A DNA stretch of 60,018 nt, counting the filler, from Sluysia triapertura (taxonomy: Eukaryota), in the NCBI GenBank assembly GCA_046118255.1. It is 4 parts of 4 records of this genome, joined end to end, with 100 filler letters (N's around TTAATTAATTAA, not from the genome) between each part and the next. Parts side by side here need not be neighbours in the genome. Positions count along the whole stretch, not along the records: positions 1 to 17,807 come from JBJNIA010184945.1; 3 more parts are not named here. One strand, given 5' to 3'. Position numbers and translations under genes: made by a program. Of this stretch, positions 1-13,685 are shown in pieces; position 1 is the stretch's first letter, and each line of letters begins with the position of its first letter. The notes under the pieces were generated by a model. That model saw nothing but the letters and a program-made list of their open reading frames with translations. It did no database searches and had not been told where the DNA came from.

Positions 1-1299
1 TATATATTAAGATCTCTATTAATATCACTTTTTGATTATATAAATTGATTTTAAGGCTATTGTTAAAATAATCTCAAAAACTAAATTACAATTTGCGTGT
101 ATTTTAAATCTTACTTAAATAAAAAAAAATCTAAAAAACTTAAGACTTTTTTGGATCATAAAATTGAATATAATTTGTCCAAAAAATTGCAGTTGATTAT
201 CTTCTCTGTCAAGATCGTTTTAATTGTTTTCGTAGTATCTTTATATTTATATGTGATTTTATTTTAAAGACTGCCAATGTTTTATTGTCGTTTTCGAAAA
301 TATTGTTTTATTGTACTATTCTATTACGTTATATTAATGACGTTTCAAGTGTAATCGAATCATATGGTTTTAAATAAAATAAAGTTGTTAATAAAGTTGT
401 TTGTATGTGTCAGTATTTTGTATGTAAATACAATAAATTTGTTTGTATAATAAATATAAATTAGTAACACAATTTGTATATATAGTAACATAATATGTAA
501 GTATGTATATACGTTTAAATGTATAAAATTTATTGATTTTTATTAATTCATTTAAATAAACTTAATTGTTAAAACGTTAAAGTAAGTAAATTATTTTATA
601 AAATATTTTTAATTATTTTTAAAAATCATTTTTAAAATAATATAATAAATTAGTCTGATTTTTGGGAATACAGAAATTTTATGTAATATAAAAATTTTTT
701 AAATCGTTTTGTTTAAAATAGCTATTGACCTTCGAGGTCACATTTCTAACATTTAAGAAGAATCACTATGCTAAAACGACAATTAATATACGTTAAAAAA
801 TTATTTTCGCAACGATTCTCTGGACATCAAGTATCAAAAAGTAATCGTTCAAGAACTATTCTGAAACCGAAAAGAAAATACTTTTTGTATATTTGTTGTT
901 AGTTTAATTAATTAAGATTAATTTGCAATTTTTAATATTGCCTCTTAAAATTCGACTTAAAATCTTTTGAATTAATAGAGCTACACTTTACTAAAGTAGC
1001 TGATTAAATTATTTTTAATTATATTTCATTAAGATTTTTTTATAATCTTCATAAATTTATATTTTGTTATTGTTGTAACCCCAATGTATAATTTAATATA
1101 TCTCCATATTATTATTAACAATTAAATTTGAATTTGATTTGAAGTTCATTTTAGAACCTAATTAGAATCTCGATTTAATTTTTTGTGGTTCATTTTGAAG
1201 AAATCACATACTATTTTCCTGGTTCACTTTTAAGAACCATATTAAAATTCTTACTATAGACAGATTAACCTCCTTAAGCATTAAGCCCTAAAACTAGTA

Positions 1300-2210
1300 C
1301 GCTTGTGGACTTACTACAGTTACTTTTATTAGCAGCTAAGAAGAGAAATCTAGCACATAAATGTGCTGATGACGTGCAAATATATACTGAATTTGAAATG
1401 AACAAAGAAAATATTATTCAAACAACAGAAGAAGTAGTATCTGAAATGATAAAATGGTTTGGAAATAAATACTTGAAAATTCATGATAATAATAAAAATA
1501 GATACAATACCAAAATATTTGAAACAAAGTTAATTGTATATGATAAGACACTAGATGCGAAGCAAAAAGTACGAAATGTAGGATATTATATGGATTCAAA
1601 AATGAACATGGAAGAAAATATTAATTGTATTGTTAAAAGTTTAAATATCAATTAAATAAATTATCAAATATTCGAAAATTTATTAATAAAGAAATAGCTA
1701 AACTTACTATTCATTCACTGATAACTAACAACATAGATTTTAACAATAGTTTATTGTACTCAATTTCATATCGAAAAGTGAAAAAATTACAATTAATAAT
1801 TAATCAAACAGCAAGACTAATTCTCCAAGTTGGAAAATCTCATGTAAGACCTTATCTTAAGGATTTACATGACAATAATTTACACATGCTTACATTACGG
1901 AAGTCTCGGATATCTTTTAGAAATAATACAAAAATTGGAAACCAAGATGAATATTTCATTGAGGCAAAATAATTTATACAGAATCCACAGTGATAACAAG
2001 CTAGGTGATAGGATGTATACTGTTTATGTTTCAAAAATATACAACCAGTTACCAGATAATGTCAAATTACTGGAAGATTATGAAATATTTAAGAAAAGGA
2101 CAAAGTTCTCTCTGTTTCAGAAATATGATAGTGAATAATTTATTTTAAGCGCTTTTGTGCACTTATTTTGCAGTAGATATGAGCGCAATATAAATTAATA
2201 TGTTATAATA
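1300..2210 (+). mobile_element. 5'-truncated, decayed non-LTR retrotransposon (L2/CR1-group LINE): RT C-terminal half plus 3' end
   Basis: ORF fragments read CADDVQIY (YADD-type RT motif), KVRNVGYYMDSKMNM, KKLQLIINQTARLI and HVRPYLKDLH, all typical of the L2/Crack ORF2 C-terminus. The 3' end AAGCGCTTTTG...GAGCGCAATATAAAT is followed by an AT tail. Broken by stops and frameshifts; lies in an intron of the spectrin-repeat gene. Confidence 0.85.
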
Positions 2211-2331
2211 ATTATTTTAGATTTAAATAGTAGAAATTGCGCAAGTACTAAAATGTCTATCGACAATTTCTACTGCAGTCTGGTCAGTTGTTTAAAGCAC
2301 AATTTATTTTAATAATAAAATTAAAATTAAC

Positions 2332-2502
2332 CTGAAATCGTTTATACTCCTCTTCAAAATCCGACAATGATGTCAATTTGTTTAATTGATCAAATTTTTG
2401 TAATTCAATATTTTTCGATTCAATCCAATCATGGATTTTGTCATATTGAGCTTGAAATTGTTTAAACTCGGTGTTGATTTGACACCATCGATCTAGCTGG
2501 AA
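2332..2502 (-). CDS. Spectrin-repeat giant protein (nesprin-1/MSP-300-like), internal exon, 57 codons
   Basis: TTTAG acceptor before 2502 and CAG|GTTAA donor after 2332; 171 nt, phase 0/0. Reads FQLDRWCQINTEFKQFQAQYDKIHDWIESKNIELQKF...EEEYKRFQ with spectrin-type Trp spacing. Not in the ORF track. Confidence 0.8.
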
Positions 2503-2899
2503 CTAAATTATTTTAAAGTTTATCAATTGTTTTGAAAATAATTTATTATTTATTTATAATTTATAATTTATTATTTATGTAGCAAACTAGAATAACTTAT
2601 CATATTAATTATAACTTATTAGTATAAATAACTATAACTTTTAATTATAACTAATTATTAATAATCATGATTATTATTAACGAATTATTATCATATTAAT
2701 TATAAGAAAAAAGAAATTTAATTTATTGTTTATGTAACATTTGTAACATTTTTTCGTTTATCAGAAAATAAATAAATAAATAAAATATTTTCCGTAAAAA
2801 TTCGACATTTACAGTATATTTTTCATAGTTTTTTAATTGTTTTTTAACAATTGTTAGGAATTATATTTTTCAATTATTTTATTATGTTAGGTTTTTATT

Positions 2900-3035
2900 A
2901 CAACCCTCTAAAATCATTGTAAAATCTTTAAAAAGTCACTTAAAAATATTTATTTTCCAAAAAACGAAAATTTGCTTCTAAAAATAGAATCCCATTGCTG
3001 ATGACTGGTATATAAACCAGCATCAGTTTAATGAG
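2900..3035 (-). repeat. Dispersed repeat family R1 (core TATA(T/G)AC(C/T)AGTCATCAGCCAAT), copy 1
   Basis: TTCTAAAAATAGAAT...GCTGATGACTGGTATATAAACCAGCATCAGTT matches the copy near 22290-22380 and the reverse complement of the copies near 8075, 26375 and 39005. Boundaries approximate. Confidence 0.7.
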
Positions 3036-6000
3036 AATCATCATCTTGTCTTTCGTTTTAGTATCCTTTTTATTCTCTATTTTATTCTTCATATTAATTC
3101 CAGTTTATAATTTATTTTTGTGGCTGTAAATTTATAGGTAATTGATATTCGATAATGGTGGCAACATTATTTGATCAGAACCTGTTTTCCATTCCATGTT
3201 TGACGTAAGTTATTTTTATAAGGTGATACTAATTGAGAAAATCAATATCTTAAAATCTACTTAAATTTATTTTATAACAAAATCAGTTAGAATACATGCT
3301 AATAATTATAGCTTTTTCATGATTTTTCTTGAAGCGTTTAATAAACGTTTACTATTATTTTTGTAAATTTATTTATCATTTTGTTAGGTTCTATAATATT
3401 AAGGTGTAGTCCTTTATCAGCATTTGAATTACTAAGAAAATTAACAATTAGATTTGGACAGACTCGAGAAATCAAGTACTCTATCAAAATAACTACGAAT
3501 AGCTTTATTATGAAATTTATGCACATAAAAATAATTAACATTTAAAAGGTACAAAAGATATAACATGTATTAATGTTGTTGAGTTATTTTTATTATAACT
3601 TTATTATTCGTTATTTGTTGAACTTATTTATTTGTCGCGTTATTATAAGTTTTATTTGATAATTTGTTTTATTATTTTTTACTTTTATTTGATTATAAAT
3701 TTTATTAAAATCATTATTTATATTATAAAATAATTAATTAATATTTTTAAAATAATTAATGTTTCAAATAAATTTTAAAATAAATAAGTTAAAATAAACA
3801 ATTTAATTTTATTTAAAAGTTAATTTTTGTTTTACCTCTACGAAAAGCAAAATATCCAATAATATTAATATTGTTGCTCAAATTTCAATATAAAAAGAAA
3901 AATAAATTTGAACACCACAATAGAATTTCATTCTAACTTCAAATTTCAATTCAGAATACAATTTTAATTTTTCAATTCTATTGGATGTTTCAGTTTTTCC
4001 ATACTCAAGTAATTTTGTTATTAATTTTTTATAAAATCTCATTATAACTTAAGAGATTATAAAATCGTACTCAAATTTTATCAATTTTTACTCTAGACCG
4101 TAAAAAGCTGGATCAATTTTATTTAAACTTTTTAAGTACTAAGGAACTTAAACTTTTTAAATATCGATTAAAGTATATATTATTATAATTTTTATATAGT
4201 TTATAGACTTATTTTCTCTTAAATGTCGACATTTAATTAATATACATTGTAAAAAGAAATAAGATAATAAAAGTATACACTAGACCGGAAAAAGGCTAGT
4301 TTAACTAAAGTGATACTAGACCGTAAAAAAGCTAGTTTAAATTGATTTTATATACTATATCGTAAAGCCACTATTAAAATAATTCTTATTTTGCAACTTC
4401 GTACGAGAATTTAGCACTTATTTTCTTTCAAAAGTTTCTTTAATGATTATATTTTCATTACTGTTGATATTAATGCTGCTGTTTAGTGAATTGTCAGTGA
4501 AAATCACATACATATTAACCATTTAATTGTGTTATATATTAGTTTTTTTTTGAAATGTTGAGTATTTAGTGTTAATTAGATCTTTTCCGAGTGTGTAAGT
4601 TTTAATTCAACAATCCCTTTGTAGAATTTATCTTGTTTCATCAAGGTTCAAAAATTGTTTCGTGTTGAATAAAGTATTCAGATTATTGGAGGTATTTTCA
4701 TATTTATCACTGTTATCAGAAACAATTTTATTTCACAAGTACTTTTAAGTTTTACGATTATTTAATGAGTTTAAATTAAAGAAATTCTGAATATGTATTT
4801 CCTGTTCACAATAATATTCGCAATATGACAATTTCACACCAATATTTAGCAATGAAAGATTTTCATTATTTCACGTTTTAATAATTCATCACGACACATC
4901 ACTTTTTAAATGATATTTGCTAAAATGATGAACGAAGCTCACATATTTTAGACTAAGATATCTACACTAAAATAAATCTTCACGTACAGTACATCCTTAG
5001 TATAAAAAGCAATAAATATTTTTCTGATTTTATAATTAGTTTTGTCTGATACCATTTATGCTACTCCATTAATTATAAATATAAATATATTCATAAATAA
5101 TAAATAAAATAATAAAGAATAAATATCTCATTCCATAAATAAACATTTGTAAATTATTGTTATAATTTTGAATTATATTCTTACTTTTATTGTTCCAATT
5201 TTCCAACTTAGAAAATTAGTCTTGTTGCTTGATTGAACAATGAATGAACAATTAATTTATCTGTTTCTTTATTAATAAATTTTCGAAAATTTAACAATAC
5301 AATTAATATTTTGTCCCATGTTCATTTTAAATTGTTTAATAAACTTTATCTTTTACGTGACAATTAAAATTAAATCTAAATTTGGAAATTATTGTCAGCT
5401 TAAGGTCTGATGAAGCGTTTTTGTATTTTAGAGGGAACTTGATCCTAAAAATAAATAATATACATCATCAATATTTTTAACAAACTGTATACTTAGAAAT
5501 TTGCGATTCAGTTCAAATTGTTCGTATATAAAATAAGTTTCGAAAAAAATTTTCTCGAATCTTATAATGTTCGTGTAACTGCAAAAGATGAATTAGTTGT
5601 GCTCAGTATGTCACATTCTACACGTATAATTTCAGTTATATATTGGCCAATTTTATAATTTTGAAACGCTTTTAAAGAAGAAATCTTATAAAAATTATTG
5701 GCACAAATAATAACAATTCAAAAATTAATTTACAGTTTTCTCTTTAGTATAAATAAGATCAACCTTACAATAAAGCATAGTACTTTACATCCAAATTGTA
5801 CCACTACAAAAATGATAGACAAATAAAATGTTATATTACTAACCGATGCTTCAATATAACATTTCGCTGATAAATATATACATGATGGGAAACAATATAA
5901 TAATATACATAAGAATCTAATTACAATAGCCTCATTAAAAAGTGAAATTGCAATTTTGTAATCATTTAAATTTTCCAAATGAGAAACACCATCAAACGTG

Positions 6001-6623
6001 TCCAGAAAGATAACAATTTTAATAAATAATTACTAAATCTAATTAAATGTTTTGAAATTTTATTATAATCTATGCAAAAAAACTCAATTTAATTCAAGCA
6101 ATTATTTTTTGACATTATAATAATTAAGCTATAATAATTATAATAATACTTACATGCTATGTTAACCTTTAATATACGAATTTATAAAAATGGCAAAGTG
6201 TGCTGGAAACCGTTTTTAATGAACAATCCAACATTCGTCTATTTTGACCATTAATTTAAATGTTAGATATATCTAACATTCGTACACTAAAGGTTAATTT
6301 ATGTTTATCGTTAATGAAATTTAGAAAAATGGCTATATATTACATTATTCGATAATTCTTATTAATTATCATGCAATAATCTAATTGAAAATTACAATCA
6401 AAATAAAACAAACAAAAAATGATACAATTAAAACAATGAAAATGTTCAAAGAAACAAATTTAAAACAATATAGGAAATATTATTTGTTGAGTTATTTCGA
6501 ATTAAGTTCGATAAAGAAAATTTATCAATAAATATAAAACGAATAAATGTCGAATAGATATTAATTTATGTATTTATTTTCAGTGATTAATAAAGTATTA
6601 CTGAAATATCGAATATATCTTAC

Positions 6624-6776
6624 TTTGAGGTCCATTTCGTGACTGTCCAACTGATCCTGAATATCACCAAGAGTCATTTCTATTTGTACATTATCAGATA
6701 ATTGACGTAACCTTTCACTTTGTTTCGTAAATACTTCAAATGATTGCTTTTCATTGTTTAATTCTCGAAGCAATTC
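6624..6776 (-). CDS. Spectrin-repeat giant protein, internal exon, 51 codons
   Basis: TTACAG acceptor and AAA|GTAAG donor; 153 nt, phase 0/0. Reads ELLRELNNEKQSFEVFTKQSERLRQLSDN...HEMDLK and joins both neighbours in frame. Confidence 0.85.
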
Positions 6777-8069
6777 CTGTAAAAGCAACAATTTAATATG
6801 ATAAATTGTGATTGTCTATTTTTTATTATTATTGAAAAATAACGTTAGTGTTTTAAGATTAATTATTATAAAACGTAATTAATTATTAATTATAATTAAT
6901 TATTATAAGATTTTTCATAAACTTATTTGAAATTATTTTTGATATTATAAGGAGCCACAAAATTAATAATGATTAAAACCTGATCGAATAATTTAGTTAA
7001 AACAACATTAATAAAGAATATATTTTTGTAAAATTTCCATTATTTTCAAAAATTAAGAAGAAAGTTAACTATCTTTTTGAAAACAGTTTTATATATGAAG
7101 TTTTACTTAAAATTGAATTGTTAAAAAAAGTAAACGAATTGATCCACGCTATTCAAAACGTTTTTCTGAATTGAATTCAGATACTTTTAATAAGATTTTT
7201 CTTCTTCATCAATGGATACAACTACAATATGCATCGTAAGAAAAAAGACCTTATACCTCACATAATGATATATCATGATATATTGTATCCAAAAGACATC
7301 AAAACACATTTATCGCTATTAAAACCATATAAAATATTATTTATTCTTAAGGTAGTTGTTTCTGCTGGGTGACAGGCTTTATAAGAAGTTTAACTTCGTT
7401 TAAAAAATGTGACAATTGGCGTAAGACTGTTTTTTCAATCAATTTTATAAAAATGTTATATTTTGCTGTGGTTCTCTTAACCTTTACCTACACCAAAATA
7501 GATATTAAACAGAAACCGGTTGAGTTCCTGTAACTACATCTAAGCAAACCTTCACGTAAAATTTAATAAAGTAACTCAAAGTCGTTAATTAGATACTCTA
7601 TATTTTGGAGGGTCTTATGCTTAACAATTTAATTTATAATCACAATCAATCCGATTCGTAATATGTTTTGAATTATATTAAATTTGTAAATTAAATTCAA
7701 AAATTCTAAGTCTTACTAATTAATTATGACTTACTAATTAATTCCGCCGCGTTGAACATTTTTGTCAAAAGAAAAATGACTTATGAAGGTTTATTATAAA
7801 GAAAAGACGGTGAACTAAATTAATAATTTATGATTAAAATCACTTAGGATATTTAACCTTTTATCGAATGCATTTTAATTTCAAATTTTCTTCTCATTAG
7901 ATTAAAATTATTAAAAAGAGTTAACATGCATTTTATTGTTCCGATCCAGAAGATTGAAACACCTTCAACAAATGGAACTTACGGAAGAATGGATAAAATG
8001 CAATTGGATAATTGACTGAATATCCGAATGAATCCAATAAAATTTGAAAAGTGAAATAACTGTAAGAAG

Positions 8070-8230
8070 CTACAGTTTATATACTAGTCATCAGCCAATG
8101 GGAATCGATGGAACATTCTAGAAACTTCTTTCAATTTTTAGTAATAAGTTTTCTTTTTTTGAAAATAATTTTTCCTTAAGGAATGCAATGATTTTAATTA
8201 CCTTTTTGTATTAAATTTAATTAATATTTT
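8070..8230 (+). repeat. Dispersed repeat family R1, copy 2
   Basis: AGTTTATATACTAGTCATCAGCCAATGGGAATCGATGGAACATTCTAGAAACTTC. Boundaries approximate. Confidence 0.7.
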
Positions 8231-8812
8231 TCAATAAAATCGGAATAACTTTTGTGAAAAGTGAGTTATTTTTGATAATTTTGGTCGATATTGGGTCAAT
8301 GGAACTTGTTCTTGACATTCTGTACTCAATTGTTTTCATTAATCTACTTAAATTTAAATTCATTTATGTTCTTATTTTTGGACTTCTAATTTAATATTTG
8401 GTTTAATAATATTATTTCGTACATTTTCCACTTTCGACAAAAAATACATTTTTTGATTTATTGATTTTAAATGGATTATTATAAAAGTAAATTTTCTTTT
8501 AATAGTTTCGAATGAGATTTTGTATTATCTTTCTTTGTTCCATCAATATTTTTACTTCTCAATTTCCTTTTCTTGTACCGCTCAGTAATCTTAAAATTAA
8601 ACCAACTTTTTACAATATTTTTTGCATCTTAAGTTGAATGCTGGTATAAATGAAAAGATAACCTTATGTTATATAATTCACTAAATACATAAAATTTATT
8701 ATTTTTTTCAAATTTACTCGATAAGTTTCTATATTCGATCTTTTTATACCAAACAAACATTGTAACTTTCAATTTTACTTCAAAACAACTAAACAATTAT
8801 CAGATATATTAA

Positions 8813-8884
8813 CCCCTTAACGCGCAGAAACGTATTAACACGGGCGTGCATTAAGTTTTTTTAAAAAAATTGTGCATTAAGGGG
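8813..8884. mobile_element. 72-bp piggyBac-type MITE
   Basis: TTAA target-site duplication at 8809-8812 and 8885-8888. Terminal inverted repeats CCCCTTAACGCGCA / TGTGCATTAAGGGG. TTAA with CCC...GGG ends is the established piggyBac signature. Confidence 0.75.
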
Positions 8885-9458
8885 TTAAATAAATAATACT
8901 TTTATTAACAATATAGATTATTTATAAATTATTGTAGAATAGAATTGAGAACTACGCGATATCAGTGAAAAATGCTGTATAAATAATTGGTTTTCATTGC
9001 AAAACATAGAAAAAGTTTTCTTATTATATTGGAGACATTTTATACAGAATCCAGACTTTTAATCGAATGTAAGTTGGAAACATATCGAAAATTTCATAGT
9101 AAGTACAATATCATTGAAATTATAATTTAAAATTAATAAAATTTGAGGTAAATTGTTTATTACTTTTGGTATTGTTATTATTACAGAAATTAAATCTTGA
9201 TTGAAATATTATTGGTTCGACTAAGTGTAAAGTTTGTAAGTTTAATTTTAATTTAAACTAATAAGATTTATTGTATTATTATAACTAATGTAACCATGCG
9301 GAACAAATAAAAGTTGTTTCAGAACCTAATTCAAGCAGTTATAAATTCAAAAATAAAGACAGTATTTTTCAAAACCCAATTTGAAATTTAGTTTATTATG
9401 TTAAAATTTGTTTATCGATTAATCGAAACGCAAAATATAAGTAAATAAAAATACAAAC

Positions 9459-12400
9459 TTGATAATTACGAATTATTTCTTCATAATTGTTGGTTTTAAT
9501 TTCCAAAAGCAATTGTTTCTTTTTCGATAATTGTTTCAGAAATCGATTATTTAAATGAATTCCATCATTGTATAAGCGCCACAATTCATTTAATTCTTTT
9601 AATTCAGTCTCATTAGTGCCGGACTCTTTAACTAATTTCAAATATTCTTGTTCCAAGCAATCGATTTCTTTGAGAAATCGTTCCTTATTTTCTTGTTGAT
9701 GTAATTCTTTAATAATCAAATTGCCGAATTCCAAAATTCGATCCATATATTGCTTACCATCATAATTGATGGTTTTATTGAGATCTTTATTATCTGAAAA
9801 TCGACAACTGATTTCACATTCTGATCCATGTTTACCAATTAAGCACGACAAATTTTCACGAATTGAATATAACCAATCTTGAAACTTATCTTTATTATTT
9901 TGATATTCTTCGTAATTGGAAATAAATTTCAGCAATTTTAATTTATCGATTTTTAATCGTTCTATCACAAGTTCGGTTTGTTTAGTTACATTTTCAATTT
10001 CTAATTTTAAATCACAATTATTAATGACATTGTGACAAAATTCGTCAAATAATTTCATCAAATAATTCAATTTATTACTTAATTGCTGAATTAAATCATC
10101 AAGTTTATTTACTTCTTCTCTAATATTTGTTATATTATTAGTAATTATAAATACTTGACCTTGTTTTTCATCAATATTATTCATTATTTTAGAAATAAAA
10201 CTTTTAATTTCATTTATTAATTTCATCAAGTTATCTTTCCGATTTATTAAATTAAAATAAAATGATTTTTGTTTATTGATTTCTGTATCTAATTTATTAA
10301 TTAATTCGATTTGTTCAACATATTTCAATGATAGTATTTCACGTCCAGATTCATTTGTTTCCGATAAAACGATTTTATACAATGATTCAACATCCAATTT
10401 TAATTCTTCTAATTTATTATATTGAAAAGAAATGTTTTCCAATTTCTCTATACATTGTTCACTTATTTTGGTAGCACTTCTTTCCGTTTGACTGAATTGT
10501 TTCAACAAATCGTTAATTTCTCGACAATTATTTGACAATTTCTGTAACAAATTGTCATATTCTTCATGATTTGAATGCCATTTTGAAACAGTATCTAAAG
10601 TGGTTTGTAAATCTGTTTCTAAATTATTGAATCGACTTTGTAAAGTACGTATGTGATGTTTGATAGTCAAATTAACAGATGTCCATTGTTGACTAACGAT
10701 TGATATATCAGTAATTTCTTCTTTTTGACTTAACACATCTAGCGACAATTGTTGAGCCATTTCTAATAGTTTACGTTTATCTTTCAAATCCAAACAATAT
10801 GTTTTGTTTACAATTTGACTTTCTTTATTAGTTAACCAGTTTTCAAACACTGATAATCGATTATCTAAACCGATTCTTTTATCTTTATCTTTTTCCAGAT
10901 TTTCGATTTCAAATGTGATTTCTTTTTTAAGTGTTTGATGTTTAATTTTTAATTCGTTTAGTTCATAATGAATTTCTTCTTGACCTTTCGATGATAAAAT
11001 TTCAAATAATTTTTTTGTTAAATTTTCTATTGATCGAAAATTAACTTCAATATCACTTATTTCATGTTCTAAATTGTAACACTTCTTTATTACATTCATT
11101 AATTCTTCGACACTACTACAATGAATATTTGTAAGTAATTTGTATTTTTCATTTTCAATTAAACATAAATTACTTTTCACATTTTCCCATTTATTTCGAT
11201 ATTCATCATTTAATTTCAAATATTGATCCCATTTGTCAATAGTTTTATTTAAATTCATGGAAAATCGTTTTGAATTTTGTATCAATACATTCATTTTATC
11301 TTCATACTTTGATTGTTTTAATGATTTACTTAATTCAATATGATCGTTTAAGTCTTGTTTTAGTTCTTTAAATTCATCATTTATTCGAAACATTATTGTG
11401 TATTGTTTACCAATTTCTTCGACTGAATTTGGTTTATTGAACTCGACTGTTTCGTATTCTTCTCTTAAACGATTCAACCATTTGTCTAAATGTTCGATTT
11501 GTTTTGAATATTCTAATAATTGATATTGTTGTTTTTCACGATTACGTTTCAGTTTAGTTAAATTGTTGTCCAATCCACGTACTAATTTCTGAGCATGCTC
11601 TAATTTATTATTAATCAAATGTTTCCCTTCTTCCGATGAAATTAGTTGTAGATCCATAGACATTTTCGTTAATTTCATTAAATCTGTATCAATATCTTTC
11701 ATATATGGTAATTCATTATCATTATTATTAGTGTTATTTGAAAATTCAATTTGTTGTAATTTAATATTCATTTCACTAACCGAATTTAATAAATCTTTAT
11801 AAATAATTTGAAATGACTCATCGAATTTAATCGATGTTTTATGTTGATCTATCAAATCATCAATCAATTTCAAATGTTTATTGTTTTTGTTTTCTAAACT
11901 TTGTAATACAGTACTGAAATAAATCGATAAAGTATTTATAATTTCCGAATTAATTGATTCAATATCATTTTCAATGGAAAGAATCTGTTCTTTGATATTT
12001 AAACATCGATCAAGCAAGATGTGTTTATTTTCCAATGTAGTACCAATTTCTTTCAAATTATTCAAATCCTCATCATTTCTTTCTATTGTTCGTTGAATAT
12101 TACTGATTTTTTCCGAAACAGAATCAAAATGTCTTTGATATTTAATGATTTCGTCTTTTAATATTCGAAATTCTACTTCATTCATTTCAAGTTCTTTTTT
12201 TATTAATTTTAATTCTGAAATTTCATAACCACATCCGAATGTATTCTGTTTACGTATTCTTTCGTCATCTTCTAACAATAGATAATCGATATTTCGTTTA
12301 CTAGACAGTAACATAATTATATTCTGATCTAATTGTTTTAATAATTCGTCAATACGATCAAATGAATTTTTATATGCAGATTTGATTTGTTTACGACTGT

Positions 12401-13685
12401 CAATAAGGCATTGAATAGTTTCACGATAATTAATTATTTCTTTTTCTAATTTTTCTTGATTCCGCAAACTATTGGATAAATATTTTAAATAATTATTTAA
12501 ATCATTAATACGATTTTGTGTTTGTCGTATAATTTTCTGTTTTTCCGATTCTAATTGGTTCCAAAGTTTATTGTTAGAAAAATTTATTGTATTAATATTA
12601 TTTTGTTCGTTTTGTTGTTGAAATTTCGTTGGCATTTCAACCACGTCTGATTTGATATTACTTAAAATCGTCTTAAATTCATTAGTATCAGATATTAGAT
12701 TTAATTTAGCTACTTTTTCATCTGGTATAACAAAATCTGATGAATTATTTTTACCACTATCGGAACTGTCATTACTTATCATAGTTCCTATTGTATTGAA
12801 TTGTTGTGCATTATCGATTTGTTTTACCTTTTCTTCCAAAGTATTTAATGTTTGTTTATAGGTCTTGTAAAAACTGAAAAATTGATTATGACACATTGTT
12901 GTCGTATGTATACATTTATCCCATTTCTTTTTGTAAGAATTTAATGTAGATTTGAAATTAGTAGCAAATTTGGGAGAATTTTGTGCTACTTTATCGAAAC
13001 TGGATTTAAAGTCTTCAAAAACTTGATCAAAATCACCATTATTCATTCTGGTATGCTGTCTTATAAATTGGCTATTAATATTTTCTAATTCAAACTTATT
13101 ATTTGCTATTCCTAAACTATCCATCATTTCTGCCATTTCATCTTGTAATTCAGTAATTGTTTTATCGACTATTTTCGATTTAATATCAAATTGTTCCTTT
13201 AAATTGTTTAACTGATCAAGATCTACTTGTTTTATGTCTAATTTCTTTTTCATTTCTTCTAGTTGTTGTTGAATCATTCTAATTGTATAAAGTGGAAAGT
13301 TGTTTTTCGATTTTTCCATAATAGAAACAGCCAATTCTTCAGCATCTTTGGCATCTTTAATTAACTTTTTCATATCGTCGACAATTTCCAATAATTCCGA
13401 TGGTGACATATGTTCAATATTGAATCTTTCGTTTAAGCTTTTCTGTCTTACTGTAATATTGTCATATAAAATTTTAAATTGTTGTAATTGTGTAAATAAG
13501 TACTGAAATTGTTCTCTCCATTTCTGAATTTCTTCTTGAATAGTTCGTTGTTGAGATTGAATATCAGCTACTCTTTGTTCATTGATACTTGATTCTATGT
13601 TACCCGAACAAAGTTTAGCTTTATCCAAAGCGCTTTCCAACTGTGTAAATACTTGTCGATATTGCAAATCATCTTCCAGAAGTTC
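9459..13685 (-). CDS. Spectrin-repeat giant protein, 4227-nt exon (1409 codons)
   Basis: ATTAG|GAA acceptor at 13685 and CAA|GTTTGT donor at 9459. Long helical protein with recurring spectrin-repeat motifs (LDKWLNRL, FENWLTNKE, FQDWLYSI, LNELWRLY). No CH or KASH domain in the window, so the nesprin call is family-level. Confidence 0.88.

Noticed and set aside
726-740. TGACCTTCGAGGTCA as a nuclear-receptor response element
   Set aside because: A single 15-bp palindrome in an intron with no supporting context.
4090-4960. Three CTAGACCG(T/G)AAAA copies followed by a possible decayed transposase-like stretch
   Set aside because: Too degraded; no frame gives a motif I can defend.
5560-6010. 82-aa ORF 5730-5978 and coding-like flanks
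   Set aside because: No recognisable motif and no splice sites fitting the host gene; it may be transposon debris but cannot be assigned.
6259-6280. Perfect 22-bp palindrome AATGTTAGATATATCTAACATT
   Set aside because: AT-rich, isolated, and not repeated in the window.
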